Below, piece by piece: positions 28,691 to 44,240 of a stretch of 64,000 bases of DNA. The notes beneath the pieces are model-generated. The model did no database searches. It was not told the origin of the DNA and saw only the letters and a list, made by a program, of their open reading frames with translations. Location: NCBI GenBank assembly GCA_964276515.1, contig OZ193910.1, positions 7,316,001-7,380,000 on the forward strand. The letters run 5' to 3'. The stretch's first letter is position 1; every line of letters begins with the position of its first letter. Source of the DNA: Gordius albopunctatus. Taxonomy: Eukaryota. The position numbers and the translations under genes are program-made.

Positions 28691-31600
28691 GCAGAATTAG
28701 AAAACTATTACTTTGAAATCATCATCGCATAGAGCATGTTTAAATAATTAAGCACTCACGTTGCGATACAACTAATCGCAACAATATAACGTTGTCTTTT
28801 CTCAAAATGATTGTTCTCGCAGGTTAAAACTTCTTTCTGAAGTCAATCGAGGATAAAAGGTTTCTCTAATTGGCTTACTTTAATATATTTTTTCAAGCTC
28901 TTTTACATAAAATAACAAAAAAAATATTTTTTCAGGTTAAATAATTCACAATTTTTTCCTTTCAACCATATTCAACCGATGAAAGTTGTTATTTTCAGAC
29001 GTGATTTCCATGATAAAAAGTCAAAATTTAGCAGAATTAGAAAACTATTACTTTGAAATCATCATCGCATAGAGCATGTTTAAATAATTAAGCACTCACG
29101 TTGCGATACAACTAATCGCAACAATATAACGTTGTCTTTTCTCAAAATGATTGTTCTCGCAGCTTAAAACTTCTAATAAGGAGTCGATCGAGAATAATAG
29201 GATTCTCAAATGAGCTTACTTTTATATATTTTTCAAGCTCTTTTACATAAAATAACAAAAAATATATTTTTTCAGGTTAAAATAATTCACAATTTTTTCC
29301 TTTCAACCATATTCAACCGATGAAAGTTGTTATTTTCAGACGTGATTTCGATGATAAAAAGTCAAAATTTATCATAATTAGAAAACTATTACTTTGAAAT
29401 CATCATCGCATAGAGCATGTTTAAATAATTAAGCACTCACGTTGCGATACAACAAATTAATCGCAACAATATAACGTTGTCTTTTCTCAAAATGATTGTT
29501 CTCGCAGCTTAAAACTTCTAATAAGGAGTCGATCGAGAATAATAGGATTCTCAAATGAGCTTACTTTTATATATTTTTTCAAGCTCTTTTACATAAAATA
29601 ACAAAAAATATATTTTTTCAGGTTAAAATAATTCACAATTTTTTCCTTTCAACCATATTCAACCGATGAAAGTTGTTATTTTCAGACGTGATTTCCATGA
29701 TAAAAAGTCAAAATTTAGCAGAATTAGAAAACAATTACTTTGAAATCATCATCGCATAGAGCATGTTTAAATAATTAAGCACTCACGTTGCGATACAACT
29801 AATCGCAACAATATAACGTTGTCTTTTCTCAAAATGATTGTTCTCGCAGCTTAAAACTTCTAATAAGGAGTCGATCGAGAATAATAGGATTCTCAAATGA
29901 GCTTACTTTTATATATTTTTCAAGCTCTTTTACATAAAATAACAAAAAATATATTTTTTCAGGTTAAAATAATTCACAATTTTTTCCTTTCAACCATATT
30001 CAACCGATGAAAGTTGTTATTTTCAGACGTGATTTCGATGATAAAAAGTCAAAATTTATCATAATTAGAAAACTATTACTTTGAAATCATCATCGCATAG
30101 AGCATGTTTAAATAATTAAGCACTCACGTTGCGATACAACAAATTAATCGCAACAATATAACGTTGTCTTTTCTCAAAATGATTGTTCTCGCAGCTTAAA
30201 ACTTCTAATAAGGAGTCGATCGAGAATAATAGGATTCTCAAATGAGCTTACTTTTATATATTTTTTCAAGCCCTTTTACATAAAATAACAAAAAATTTAT
30301 TTTTCAGGCTAAAATAATTCACAATTTTTTCCTTTCAGCCATATTCAACCGATGAAAGTTGTTATTTTCAGACGTGATTTCCATGATAAAAAGTCAAAAT
30401 TTATCAGAATTAGAAAACTATTACTTTGAAATCATCATCGCATAGAGCATGTTTAAATAATTAAGCACTCACGTTGCGATACAACTAATCGCAACAATAT
30501 AACGTTGTCTTTTCTCAAAATGATTGTTCTCGCAGCTTAAAACTTCTAATAAGGAGTCGATCGAGAATAATAGGATTCTCAAATTAGCTTACTTTTATAT
30601 ATTTTTTCAAGCCCTTTTACATAAAATAACAAAAAATTTATTTTTCAGGCTAAAATAATTCACAATTTTTTCCTTTCGGCCATATTCAACCGATGAAAGT
30701 TGTTATTTTCAGACGTGATTTCCATGATAAAAAGTCAAAATTTATCATAATTAGAAAACTATTACTTTAAAATCATCATCGCATAGAGCATGTTTAAATA
30801 ATTAAGCCCTCACGTTGCGATACAACAAACTAATCGCAACAAGATAACGTTGTCTTTTCGCAAAATGATAGTTCTCGCAGCTTGAAACATCTTATAAGGA
30901 GTCGATCGAGAATAATAGGATTCTCAAATTAGCTTACTTTTATATATTTTATCAAGCTCTTTTACATAAAATAACAAAAAATATTTTTTTTCAGGTTAAA
31001 ATAATTCACAATTTTTTCCTTTCAACCATATTCAACCGATGAAAGTTGTTATTTTCAGACGTGATTTCCATGATAAAAAGTCAAAATTTATCAGAATTAG
31101 AAAACTATTACTTTGAAATCATCATCGCATAGAGCATGTTTAAATAATTAAGCACTCACGTTGCGATACAACTAATCGCAACAATATAACGTTGTCTTTT
31201 CTCAAAATGATTGTTCTCGCAGCTTAAAACTTCTAATAAGGAGTCGATCGAGAATAATAGGATTCTCAAATGAGCTTACTTTTATATATTTTTTCAAGCT
31301 CTTTTACATAAAATAACAAAAAATATTTTTTTTCAGGTTAAAATAATTCACAATTTTTTCCTTTCAACCATATTCAACCGATGAAAGTTTTTATTTTCAG
31401 ACGTGATTTCCATGATAAAAAGTCAAAATTTATCAGAATTAGAAAACTATTACTTTGAAATCATCATCGCATAGATCGTGTTTAAATAATTAAGCACTCA
31501 CGTTGCGATACAACAAACTAATCGCAACAAGATAACGTTGTCTTTTCTCAAAATGATTGTTCTCGCAGCTTAAAACTTCTAATAAGGAGTCGATCGAGAA

Positions 31601-33599
31601 TAATAGGATTCTCAAATGAGCTTACTTTTATATATTTTTCAAGCTCTTTTACATAAAATAACAAAAAATATATTTTTTCAGGTTAAAATAATTCACAATT
31701 TTTTCCTTTCAACCATATTCAACCGATGAAAGTTGTTATTTTCAGACGTGATTTCGATGATAAAAAGTCAAAATTTATCATAATTAGAAAACTATTACTT
31801 TGAAATCATCATCGCATAGAGCATGTTTAAATAATTAAGCACTCACGTTGCGATACAACAAATTAATCGCAACAATATAACGTTGTCTTTTCTCAAAATG
31901 ATTGTTCTCGCAGCTTAAAACTTCTAATAAGGAGTCGATCGAGAATAATAGGATTCTCAAATGAGCTTACTTTTATATATTTTTTCAAGCTCTTTTACAT
32001 AAAATAACAAAAAATATATTTTTTCAGGTTAAAATAATTCACAATTTTTTCCTTTCAACCATATTCAACCGATGAAAGTTGTTATTTTCAGACGTGATTT
32101 CCATGATAAAAAGTCAAAATTTAGCAGAATTAGAAAACTATTACTTTGAAATCATCATCGCATAGAGCATGTTTAAATAATTAAGCACTCACGTTGCGAT
32201 ACAACAAATTAATCGCAACAATATAACGTTGTCTTTTCTCAAAATGATTGTTCTCGCAGCTTAAAACTTCTAATAAGGAGTCGATCGAGAATAATAGGAT
32301 TCTCAAATGAGCTTACTTTTATATATTTTTTCAAGCTCTTTTACATAAAATAACAAAAAAAATATTTTTTCAGGTTAAATAATTCACAATTTTTTCCTTT
32401 CAACCATATTCAACCGATGAAAGTTGTTATTTTCAGACGTGATTTCCATGATAAAAAGTCAAAATTTATCATAATTAGAAAACTATTACTTTGAAATCAT
32501 CATCGCATAGAGCATGTTTAAATAATTAAGCCCTCACGTTGCGATACAACAAATCAATCGCAACAATATAACGTTGTCTTTTCTAAAAATGATTGTTCTC
32601 GCAGCTTAAAACATCTTATAAGGAGTCGATCGAGATTAATAGGATTCTCAAATCAGCTTACTTTTATATATTTTTTCAAGCCCTTTTACATAAAATAACA
32701 AAAAATTTATTTTTCAGGCTAAAATAATTCACAATTTTTTCCTTTCGGCCATATTCAACCGATGAAAGTTGTTATTTTCAGACGTGATTTCCATGATAAA
32801 AAGTCAAAATTTATCATAATTAGAAAACTATTACTTTAAAATCATCATCGCATAGAGCATGTTTAAATAATTAAGCCCTCACGTTGCGATACAACAAACT
32901 AATCGCAACAAGATAACGTTGTCTTTTCGCAAAATGATAGTTCTCGCAGCTTGAAACATCTTATAAGGAGTCGATCGAGAATAATAGGATTCTCAAATTA
33001 GCTTACTTTTATATATTTTTTCAAGCCCTTTTACATAAAATAACAAAAAATTTATTTTTCAGGCTAAAATAATTCACAATTTTTTCCTTTCAGCCATATT
33101 CAACCGATGAAAGTTGTTATTTTCAGACGTGATTTCCATGATAAAAAGTCAAAATTTATCAGAATTAGAAAACTATTACTTTGAAATCATCGCATAGAGC
33201 ATGTTTAAATAATTAAGCACTCACGTTGCGATACAACTAATCGCAACAATATAACGTTGTCTTTTCTCAAAATGATTGTTCTCGCAGCTTAAAACTTCTA
33301 ATAAGGAGTCGATCGAGAATAATAGGATTCTCAAATGAGCTTACTTTTATATATTTTTCAAGCTCTTTTACATAAAATAACAAAAAATATATTTTTTCAG
33401 GTTAAAATAATTCACAATTTTTTCCTTTCAACCATATTCAACCGATGAAAGTTGTTATTTTCAGACGTGATTTCCATGATAAAAAGTCAAAATTTATCAG
33501 AATTAGAAAACTATTACTTTGAAATCATCATCGCATAGAGCATGTTTAAATAATTAAGCACTCACGTTGCGATACAACTAATCGCAACAATATAACGTT

Positions 33600-36500
33600 G
33601 TCTTTTCTCAAAATGATTGTTCTCGCAGGTTAAAACTTCTTTCTGAAGTCAATCGAGGATAAAAGGTTTCTCAAATTGGCTTACTTTAATATATTTTTTC
33701 AAGCTCTTTTACATAAAATAACAAAAAAAATATTTTTTCAGGTTAAATAATTCACAATTTTTTCCTTTCAACCATATTCAACCGATGAAAGTTGTTATTT
33801 TCAGACGTGATTTCCATGATAAAAAGTCAAAATTTATCATAATTAGAAAACTATTACTTTGAAATCATCATCGCATAGAGCATGTTTAAATAATTAAGCC
33901 CTCACGTTGCGATACAACAAATCAATCGCAACAATATAACGTTGTCTTTTCTAAAAATGATTGTTCTCGCAGCTTAAAACTTCTTATAAGGAGTCGATCG
34001 AGATTAATAGGATTCTCAAATCAGCTTACTTTTATATATTTTTTCAAGCCCTTTTACATAAAATAACAAAAAATTTATTTTTCAGGCTAAAATAATTCAC
34101 AATTTTTTCCTTTCAGCCATATTCAACCGATGAAAGTTGTTATTTTCAGACGTGATTTCCATGATAAAAAGTCAAAATTTATCAGAATTAGAAAACTATT
34201 ACTTTGAAATCATCATCGCATAGAGCATGTTTAAATAATTAAGCACTCACGTTGCGATACAACTAATCGCAACAATATAACGTTGTCTTTTCTCAAAATG
34301 ATTGTTCTCGCAGCTTAAAACTTCTAATAAGGAGTCGATCGAGAATAATAGGATTCTCAAATTAGCTTACTTTTATATATTTTTTCAAGCCCTTTTACAT
34401 AAAATAACAAAAAATTTATTTTTCAGGCTAAAATAATTCACAATTTTTTCCTTTCGGCCATATTCAACCGATGAAAGTTGTTATTTTCAGACGTGATTTC
34501 CATGATAAAAAGTCAAAATTTATCATAATTAGAAAACTATTACTTTAAAATCATCATCGCATAGAGCATGTTTAAATAATTAAGCCCTCACGTTGCGATA
34601 CAACAAACTAATCGCAACAAGATAACGTTGTCTTTTCGCAAAATGATAGTTCTCGCAGCTTGAAACATCTTATAAGGAGTCGATCGAGAATAATAGGATT
34701 CTCAAATTAGCTTACTTTTATATATTTTATCAAGCTCTTTTACATAAAATAACAAAAAATATTTTTTTTCAGGTTAAAATAATTCACAATTTTTTCCTTT
34801 CAACCATATTCAACCGATGAAAGTTGTTATTTTCAGACGTGATTTCCATGATAAAAAGTCAAAATTTATCAGAATTAGAAAACTATTACTTTGAAATCAT
34901 CATCGCATAGAGCATGTTTAAATAATTAAGCACTCACGTTGCGATACAACTAATCGCAACAATATAACGTTGTCTTTTCTCAAAATGATTGTTCTCGCAG
35001 CTTAAAACTTCTAATAAGGAGTCGATCGAGAATAATAGGATTCTCAAATGAGCTTACTTTTATATATTTTTTCAAGCTCTTTTACATAAAATAACAAAAA
35101 ATATATTTTTTCAGGATAAAATAATTCACAATTTTTTCCTTTCAACCATATTCAACCGATGAAAGTTTTTATTGTCAGACGTGATTTCCATGATAAAAAG
35201 TCAAAATTTATCATAATTAGAAAACTATTAATTTGAGATCATCATCGCATAGAGCGTGTTTAAATAATTAAGCACTCACGTTGCGATACAACAAACTAAT
35301 CGCAACAAGATAACGTTGTCTTTTCGCAAAATGATAGTTTTCGCAGCTTGAAACATCTTATAAGGAGTCGATCGAGAATAATAGGATTCTCAAATTAGCT
35401 TACTTTTATATATTTTATCAAGCTCTTTTACATAAAATAACAAAAAATATTTTTTTTCAGGTTAAAATAATTCACAATTTTTTCCTTTCAACCATATTCA
35501 ACCGATGAAAGTTTTTATTTTCAGACGTGATTTCCATGATAAAAAGTCAAAATTTATCAGAATTAGAAAACTATTACTTTGAAATCATCATCGCATAGAT
35601 CGTGTTTAAATAATTAAGCACTCACGTTGCGATACAACAAACTAATCGCAACAAGATAACGTTGTCTTTTCTCAAAATGATTGTTCTCGCAGCTTAAAAC
35701 TTCTAATAAGGAGTCGATCGAGAATAATAGGATTCTCAAATGAGCTTACTTTTATATATTTTTCAAGCTCTTTTACATAAAATAACAAAAAATATATTTT
35801 TTCAGGTTAAAATAATTCACAATTTTTTCCTTTCAACCATATTCAACCGATGAAAGTTGTTATTTTCAGACGTGATTTCGATGATAAAAAGTCAAAATTT
35901 ATCATAATTAGAAAACTATTACTTTGAAATCATCATCGCATAGAGCATGTTTAAATAATTAAGCACTCACGTTGCGATACAACTAATCGCAACAATATAA
36001 CGTTGTCTTTTCTCAAAATGATTGTTCTCGCAGCTTAAAACTTCTAATAAGGAGTCGATCGAGAATAATAGGATTCTCAAATGAGCTTACTTTTATATAT
36101 TTTTTCAAGCTCTTTTACATAAAATAACAAAAAATAAGTTTTTTCAGGTTAAAATAATTCACAATTTTTTCCTTTCAACCATATTCAACCGATGAAAGTT
36201 GTTATTTTCAGACGTGATTTCCATGATAAAAAGTCAAAATTTATCAGAATTAGAAAACTATTACTTTGAAATCATCATCGCATAGAGCATGTTTAAATAA
36301 TTAAGCACTCACGTTGCGATACAACTAATCGCAACAATATAACGTTGTCTTTTCTCAAAATGATTGTTCTCGCAGCCTAAAACTTCTAATAAGGAGTCGA
36401 TCGAGAATAATAGGATTCTCAAATGAGCTTACTTTTATATATTTTTTCAAGCTCTTTTACATAAAATAACAAAAAATATATTTTTTCAGGTTAAAATAAT

Positions 36501-39500
36501 TCACAATTTTTTCCTTTCAACCATATTCAACCGATGAAAGTTGTTATTTTCAGACGTAATTTCGATGATAAAAAGTCAAAATTTATCATAATTAGAAAAC
36601 TATTACTTTGAAATCATCATCGTATAGAGCATGTTTAAATAATTAAGCACTCACGTTGCGATACAACAAATTAATCGCAACAATATAACGTTGTCTTTTC
36701 TAAAAATGATTGTTCTCGCAGCTTAAAACTTCTTATAAGGAGTCGATCGAGATTAATAGGATTCTCAAATCAGCTTACTTTTATATATTTTTTCAAGCTC
36801 TTTTACATAAAATAACAAAAAATATATTTTTCAGGTTAAAATAATTCACAATTTTTTCCTTTCAACCATATTCAACCGATGAAAGTTGTTATTTTCAGAC
36901 GTGATTTCCATGATAAAAAGTCAAAATTTATCATAATTAGAAAACTATTACTTTGAAATCATCATCGCATAGAGCATGTTTAAATAATTAAGCCCTCACG
37001 TTGCGATACAACAAATCAATCGCAACAATATAACGTTGTCTTTTCTAAAAATGATTGTTCTCGCAGCTTAAAACTTCTTATAAGGAGTCGATCGAGATTA
37101 ATAGGATTCTCAAATCAGCTTACTTTTATATATTTTTTCAAGCCCTTTTACATAAAATAACAAAAAATATATTTTTCAGGTTAAAATAATTCACAATTTT
37201 TTCCTTTCAACCATATTCAACCGATGAAAGTTGTTATTTTCAGACGTGATTTCCATGATAAAAAGTCAAAATTTATCATAATTAGAAAACTATTACTTTG
37301 AAATCATCATCGCATAGAGCATGTTTAAATAATTAAGCCCTCACGTTGCGATACAACAAATCAATCGCAACAATATAACGTTGTCTTTTCTCAAAATGAT
37401 TGTTCTCGCAGCTTAAAACTTCTAATAAGGAGTCGATCGAGAATAATAGGATTCTCAAATGAGCTTACTTTTATATATTTTTCAAGCTCTTTTACATAAA
37501 ATAACAAAAAATATATTTTTTCAGGTTAAAATAATTCACAATTTTTTCCTTTCAACCATATTCAACCGATGAAAGTTGTTATTTTCAGACGTGATTTCCA
37601 TGATAAAAAGTCAAAATTTAGCAGAATTAGAAAACTATTACTTTGAAATCATCATCGCATAGAGCATGTTTAAATAATTAAGCACTCACGTTGCGATACA
37701 ACTAATCGCAACAATATAACGTTGTCTTTTCTCAAAATGATTGTTCTCGCAGGTTAAAACTTCTTTCTGAAGTCAATCGAGGATAAAAGGTTTCTCTAAT
37801 TGGCTTACTTTAATATATTTTTTCAAGCTCTTTTACATAAAATAACAAAAAAAATATTTTTTCAGGTTAAATAATTCACAATTTTTTCCTTTCAACCATA
37901 TTCAACCGATGAAAGTTGTTATTTTCAGACGTGATTTCCATGATAAAAAGTCAAAATTTAGCAGAATTAGAAAACTATTACTTTGAAATCATCATCGCAT
38001 AGAGCATGTTTAAATAATTAAGCACTCACGTTGCGATACAACTAATCGCAACAATATAACGTTGTCTTTTCTCAAAATGATTGTTCTCGCAGCTTAAAAC
38101 TTCTAATAAGGAGTCGATCGAGAATAATAGGATTCTCAAATGAGCTTACTTTTATATATTTTTCAAGCTCTTTTACATAAAATAACAAAAAATATATTTT
38201 TTCAGGTTAAAATAATTCACAATTTTTTCCTTTCAACCATATTCAACCGATGAAAGTTGTTATTTTCAGACGTGATTTCGATGATAAAAAGTCAAAATTT
38301 ATCATAATTAGAAAACTATTACTTTGAAATCATCATCGCATAGAGCATGTTTAAATAATTAAGCACTCACGTTGCGATACAACAAATTAATCGCAACAAT
38401 ATAACGTTGTCTTTTCTCAAAATGATTGTTCTCGCAGCTTAAAACTTCTAATAAGGAGTCGATCGAGAATAATAGGATTCTCAAATGAGCTTACTTTTAT
38501 ATATTTTTTCAAGCTCTTTTACATAAAATAACAAAAAATATATTTTTTCAGGTTAAAATAATTCACAATTTTTTCCTTTCAACCATATTCAACCGATGAA
38601 AGTTGTTATTTTCAGACGTGATTTCCATGATAAAAAGTCAAAATTTAGCAGAATTAGAAAACTATTACTTTGAAATCATCATCGCATAGAGCATGTTTAA
38701 ATAATTAAGCACTCACGTTGCGATACAACTAATCGCAACAATATAACGTTGTCTTTTCTCAAAATGATTGTTCTCGCAGGTTAAAACTTCTTTCTGAAGT
38801 CAATCGAGGATAAAAGGTTTCTCAAATTGGCTTACTTTAATATATTTTTTCAAGCTCTTTTACATAAAATAACAAAAAAAATATTTTTTCAGGTTAAATA
38901 ATTCACAATTTTTTCCTTTCAACCATATTCAACCGATGAAAGTTGTTATTTTCAGACGTGATTTCCATGATAAAAAGTCAAAATTTATCATAATTAGAAA
39001 ACTATTACTTTGAAATCATCATCGCATAGAGCATGTTTAAATAATTAAGCCCTCACGTTGCGATACAACAAATCAATCGCAACAATATAACGTTGTCTTT
39101 TCTAAAAATGATTGTTCTCGCAGCTTAAAACTTCTTATAAGGAGTCGATCGAGATTAATAGGATTCTCAAATCAGCTTACTTTTATATATTTTTTCAAGC
39201 CCTTTTACATAAAATAACAAAAAATTTATTTTTCAGGCTAAAATAATTCACAATTTTTTCCTTTCAGCCATATTCAACCGATGAAAGTTGTTATTTTCAG
39301 ACGTGATTTCCATGATAAAAAGTCAAAATTTATCAGAATTAGAAAACTATTACTTTGAAATCATCATCGCATAGAGCATGTTTAAATAATTAAGCACTCA
39401 CGTTGCGATACAACTAATCGCAACAATATAACGTTGTCTTTTCTCAAAATGATTGTTCTCGCAGCTTAAAACTTCTAATAAGGAGTCGATCGAGAATAAT

Positions 39501-42500
39501 AGGATTCTCAAATTAGCTTACTTTTATATATTTTTTCAAGCCCTTTTACATAAAATAACAAAAAATTTATTTTTCAGGCTAAAATAATTCACAATTTTTT
39601 CCTTTCGGCCATATTCAACCGATGAAAGTTGTTATTTTCAGACGTGATTTCCATGATAAAAAGTCAAAATTTATCATAATTAGAAAACTATTACTTTAAA
39701 ATCATCATCGCATAGAGCATGTTTAAATAATTAAGCCCTCACGTTGCGATACAACAAACTAATCGCAACAAGATAACGTTGTCTTTTCGCAAAATGATAG
39801 TTCTCGCAGCTTGAAACATCTTATAAGGAGTCGATCGAGAATAATAGGATTCTCAAATTAGCTTACTTTTATATATTTTATCAAGCTCTTTTACATAAAA
39901 TAACAAAAAATATTTTTTTTCAGGTTAAAATAATTCACAATTTTTTCCTTTCAACCATATTCAACCGATGAAAGTTGTTATTTTCAGACGTGATTTCCAT
40001 GATAAAAAGTCAAAATTTATCAGAATTAGAAAACTATTACTTTGAAATCATCATCGCATAGAGCATGTTTAAATAATTAAGCACTCACGTTGCGATACAA
40101 CTAATCGCAACAATATAACGTTGTCTTTTCTCAAAATGATTGTTCTCGCAGCTTAAAACTTCTAATAAGGAGTCGATCGAGAATAATAGGATTCTCAAAT
40201 GAGCTTACTTTTATATATTTTTTCAAGCTCTTTTACATAAAATAACAAAAAATATATTTTTTCAGGATAAAATAATTCACAATTTTTTCCTTTCAACCAT
40301 ATTCAACCGATGAAAGTTTTTATTGTCAGACGTGATTTCCATGATAAAAAGTCAAAATTTATCATAATTAGAAAACTATTAATTTGAGATCATCATCGCA
40401 TAGAGCGTGTTTAAATAATTAAGCACTCACGTTGCGATACAACAAACTAATCGCAACAAGATAACGTTGTCTTTTCGCAAAATGATAGTTTTCGCAGCTT
40501 GAAACATCTTATAAGGAGTCGATCGAGAATAATAGGATTCTCAAATTAGCTTACTTTTATATATTTTATCAAGCTCTTTTACATAAAATAACAAAAAATA
40601 TTTTTTTTCAGGTTAAAATAATTCACAATTTTTTCCTTTCAACCATATTCAACCGATGAAAGTTTTTATTTTCAGACGTGATTTCCATGATAAAAAGTCA
40701 AAATTTATCAGAATTAGAAAACTATTACTTTGAAATCATCATCGCATAGATCGTGTTTAAATAATTAAGCACTCACGTTGCGATACAACAAACTAATCGC
40801 AACAAGATAACGTTGTCTTTTCTCAAAATGATTGTTCTCGCAGCTTAAAACTTCTAATAAGGAGTCGATCGAGAATAATAGGATTCTCAAATGAGCTTAC
40901 TTTTATATATTTTTCAAGCTCTTTTACATAAAATAACAAAAAATATATTTTTTCAGGTTAAAATAATTCACAATTTTTTCCTTTCAACCATATTCAACCG
41001 ATGAAAGTTGTTATTTTCAGACGTGATTTCGATGATAAAAAGTCAAAATTTATCATAATTAGAAAACTATTACTTTGAAATCATCATCGCATAGAGCATG
41101 TTTAAATAATTAAGCACTCACGTTGCGATACAACAAATTAATCGCAACAATATAACGTTGTCTTTTCTCAAAATGATTGTTCTCGCAGCTTAAAACTTCT
41201 AATAAGGAGTCGATCGAGAATAATAGGATTCTCAAATGAGCTTACTTTTATATATTTTTTCAAGCTCTTTTACATAAAATAACAAAAAATATATTTTTTC
41301 AGGATAAAATAATTCACAATTTTTTCCTTTCAACCATATTCAACCGATGAAAGTTTTTATTGTCAGACGTGATTTCCATGATAAAAAGTCAAAATTTATC
41401 ATAATTAGAAAACTATTAATTTGAGATCATCATCGCATAGAGCATGTTTAAATAATTAAGCACTCACGTTGCGATACAACTAATCGCAACAATATAACGT
41501 TGTCTTTTCTCAAAATGATTGTTCTCGCAGCTTAAAACTTCTAATAAGGAGTCGATCGAGAATAATAGGATTCTCAAATGAGCTTACTTTTATATATTTT
41601 TCAAGCTCTTTTACATAAAATAACAAAAAATATATTTTTTCAGGTTAAAATAATTCACAATTTTTTCCTTTCAACCATATTCAACCGATGAAAGTTGTTA
41701 TTTTCAGACGTGATTTCCATGATAAAAAGTCAAAATTTATCAGAATTAGAAAACTATTACTTTGAAATCATCATCGCATAGAGCATGTTTAAATAATTAA
41801 GCACTCACGTTGCGATACAACTAATCGCAACAATATAACGTTGTCTTTTCTCAAAATGATTGTTCTCGCAGGTTAAAACTTCTTTCTGAAGTCAATCGAG
41901 GATAAAAGGTTTCTCAAATTGGCTTACTTTAATATATTTTTTCAAGCTCTTTTACATAAAATAACAAAAAAAATATTTTTTCAGGTTAAATAATTCACAA
42001 TTTTTTCCTTTCAACCATATTCAACCGATGAAAGTTGTTATTTTCAGACGTGATTTCCATGATAAAAAGTCAAAATTTATCATAATTAGAAAACTATTAC
42101 TTTGAAATCATCATCGCATAGAGCATGTTTAAATAATTAAGCCCTCACGTTGCGATACAACAAATCAATCGCAACAATATAACGTTGTCTTTTCTAAAAA
42201 TGATTGTTCTCGCAGCTTAAAACTTCTTATAAGGAGTCGATCGAGATTAATAGGATTCTCAAATCAGCTTACTTTTATATATTTTTTCAAGCCCTTTTAC
42301 ATAAAATAACAAAAAATTTATTTTTCAGGCTAAAATAATTCACAATTTTTTCCTTTCAGCCATATTCAACCGATGAAAGTTGTTATTTTCAGACGTGATT
42401 TCCATGATAAAAAGTCAAAATTTATCAGAATTAGAAAACTATTACTTTGAAATCATCATCGCATAGAGCATGTTTAAATAATTAAGCACTCACGTTGCGA

Positions 42501-44240
42501 TACAACTAATCGCAACAATATAACGTTGTCTTTTCTCAAAATGATTGTTCTCGCAGCTTAAAACTTCTAATAAGGAGTCGATCGAGAATAATAGGATTCT
42601 CAAATTAGCTTACTTTTATATATTTTTTCAAGCCCTTTTACATAAAATAACAAAAAATTTATTTTTCAGGCTAAAATAATTCACAATTTTTTCCTTTCGG
42701 CCATATTCAACCGATGAAAGTTGTTATTTTCAGACGTGATTTCCATGATAAAAAGTCAAAATTTATCATAATTAGAAAACTATTACTTTAAAATCATCAT
42801 CGCATAGAGCATGTTTAAATAATTAAGCCCTCACGTTGCGATACAACAAACTAATCGCAACAAGATAACGTTGTCTTTTCGCAAAATGATAGTTCTCGCA
42901 GCTTGAAACATCTTATAAGGAGTCGATCGAGAATAATAGGATTCTCAAATTAGCTTACTTTTATATATTTTATCAAGCTCTTTTACATAAAATAACAAAA
43001 AATATTTTTTTTCAGGTTAAAATAATTCACAATTTTTTCCTTTCAACCATATTCAACCAATGAAAGTTGTTATTTTCAGACGTGATTTCCATGATAAAAA
43101 GTCAAAATTTATCAGAATTAGAAAACTATTACTTTGAAATCATCATCGCATAGAGCATGTTTAAATAATTAAGCACTCACGTTGCGATACAACTAATCGC
43201 AACAATATAACGTTGTCTTTTCTCAAAATGATTGTTCTCGCAGCTTAAAACTTCTAATAAGGAGTCGATCGAGAATAATAGGATTCTCAAATGAGCTTAC
43301 TTTTATATATTTTTTCAAGCTCTTTTACATAAAATAACAAAAAATATATTTTTTCAGGATAAAATAATTCACAATTTTTTCCTTTCAACCATATTCAACC
43401 GATGAAAGTTTTTATTGTCAGACGTGATTTCCATGATAAAAAGTCAAAATTTATCATAATTAGAAAACTATTAATTTGAGATCATCATCGCATAGAGCGT
43501 GTTTAAATAATTAAGCACTCACGTTGCGATACAACAAACTAATCGCAACAAGATAACGTTGTCTTTTCGCAAAATGATAGTTTTCGCAGCTTGAAACATC
43601 TTATAAGGAGTCGATCGAGAATAATAGGATTCTCAAATTAGCTTACTTTTATATATTTTATCAAGCTCTTTTACATAAAATAACAAAAAATATTTTTTTT
43701 CAGGTTAAAATAATTCACAATTTTTTCCTTTCAACCATATTCAACCGATGAAAGTTTTTATTTTCAGACGTGATTTCCATGATAAAAAGTCAAAATTTAT
43801 CAGAATTAGAAAACTATTACTTTGAAATCATCATCGCATAGATCGTGTTTAAATAATTAAGCACTCACGTTGCGATACAACAAACTAATCGCAACAAGAT
43901 AACGTTGTCTTTTCTCAAAATGATTGTTCTCGCAGCTTAAAACTTCTAATAAGGAGTCGATCGAGAATAATAGGATTCTCAAATGAGCTTACTTTTATAT
44001 ATTTTTCAAGCTCTTTTACATAAAATAACAAAAAATATATTTTTTCAGGTTAAAATAATTCACAATTTTTTCCTTTCAACCATATTCAACCGATGAAAGT
44101 TGTTATTTTCAGACGTGATTTCGATGATAAAAAGTCAAAATTTATCATAATTAGAAAACTATTACTTTGAAATCATCATCGCATAGAGCATGTTTAAATA
44201 ATTAAGCACTCACGTTGCGATACAACAAATTAATCGCAAC
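33600..44240 (+). repeat. Recurring ~7-monomer block of diverged A monomers (offsets 5151 and 3092 bp)
   Basis: The attgtcagac / aatttgagatc variant is at 35171, 40322 and 43414. Each copy is preceded by the same ordered set of variants: aggttaaaacttctttctgaag, ttcagcc, ttcggcc, cttgaaacatc. Confidence 0.85.
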
